IMG/VR virus record: IMGVR_UViG_3300013121_000027
Coordinates: 32,001 to 96,000 of that record
Source of the DNA: a virus
Lineage: Duplodnaviria; Caudoviricetes
Length of the DNA: 64,000 nucleotides
Reading direction: 5' to 3' (one strand)
The translations under genes were made by a program, and so were the position numbers. Position 1 is the first letter of the stretch; each line of letters begins with the position of its first letter. The notes below the pieces were generated by a model. It was not told the DNA's origin. It worked only from the letters and a program-made list of their open reading frames with translations, and ran no database searches. Shown in pieces: positions 63,484 to 64,000 of this stretch.

Positions 63484-63799
63484 CTTATAAAGAAAGAAGA
63501 GTGTAATGTTAGACTGTGAAAAAAGAGATTTCTTAATCTTTACTATGGTTCTTGAAGAATATGATTATGGTCTCACAAAAGTTTCTGTTTATTTTAAAAA
63601 TTCTCCAGATATAAAAATTTTTCATAACGGTTTTCAGTATGATGAATCCGTAATCAAAAATCTTACTACTGGACAAGAAACAAAAATAAACGAGACCCAT
63701 AGAGTATCAAGAGATTTTGCTTTTAAAGAAACAGAACAAAATATTTTAAAAACTTTACAAACTTTATTCTATAATGGTTTTGCCACTAAATAAACAAAC

Positions 63800-63836
63800 G
63801 CCCTTGTAGCTCAGTTGGTAGAGCAACGCTTAGGTA
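63800..63836 (+). pseudogene. 5' half of a tRNA (Thr-like)
   Basis: GCCCTTG TA GCTC AGTTGGTA GAGC A ACGC...; no intact 3' half. Confidence 0.65.
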
Positions 63837-63904
63837 TTAATTAATTCGTTATTCGATTCGGTCTTATGGCTATTACTATAGTTGTATGACTGAATTAACA
63901 AAAC

Positions 63905-63976
63905 GCCCTTTTAGTATAACGGCTATTACATCGGTTTTGTACTCCGACGATGCGAGTTCGACTCTTGCAGGGGGCT
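63905..63976 (+). tRNA. tRNA-Thr(TGT)
   Basis: GCCCTTT/AGGGGGC; TCGGT-TTTGTAC-TCCGA; GCGAG-TTCGACT-CTTGC. Confidence 0.85.
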
Positions 63977-64000
63977 CTTGCGAGCAATGCGGTAAGCCAA

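Noticed and set aside
1-64000. Genome-wide TAG recoding suggested by the amber tRNA
   Set aside because: Coding density is already high under code 11 and conserved genes are unbroken. In-frame TAG junctions at 43737, 56217 and 63071 are followed by ORFs with their own plausible starts. Only the Pth2-like gene needs readthrough

Overview
A 64 kb AT-rich, almost entirely + strand segment of a large (probably jumbo) phage. WhiB, DUF3039-, DUF1876- and DUF5925-like genes point to an actinobacterial host. It carries many small hypothetical ORFs, about 20 dispersed tRNA or tRNA-like genes, HNH endonucleases, RNase HI, SSB, UDG, AAA ATPases, a vWA protein and a probable YonO/RdRP-type two-barrel polymerase. 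The main highlights are: (1) a Ro60/TROVE gene preceded by a tandem array of seven Y RNA-like units, each with a conserved Ro-binding helix and a different cargo domain, plus an eighth, permuted Ro site over the gene's own RBS; (2) a Pth2-like peptidyl-tRNA hydrolase gene with an in-frame amber codon at position 4, about 700 bp upstream of an amber-suppressor tRNA; (3) a complete ubiquitin-like conjugation operon (E2-JAB-E1-Ubl, then an AAA ATPase) with a predicted programmed -1 frameshift and four more E2-like paralogs elsewhere; (4) two tRNAs with a rearranged, D-arm-less topology that would read AUA and AGA; (5) repeated cases of a broken tRNA followed by an intact tRNA with a rewritten D-arm, three of them HNH-associated; (6) many ORFs whose ATG sits at the CCA position of the upstream tRNA. 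All calls come from motif recognition and hand folding; no database searches were run.
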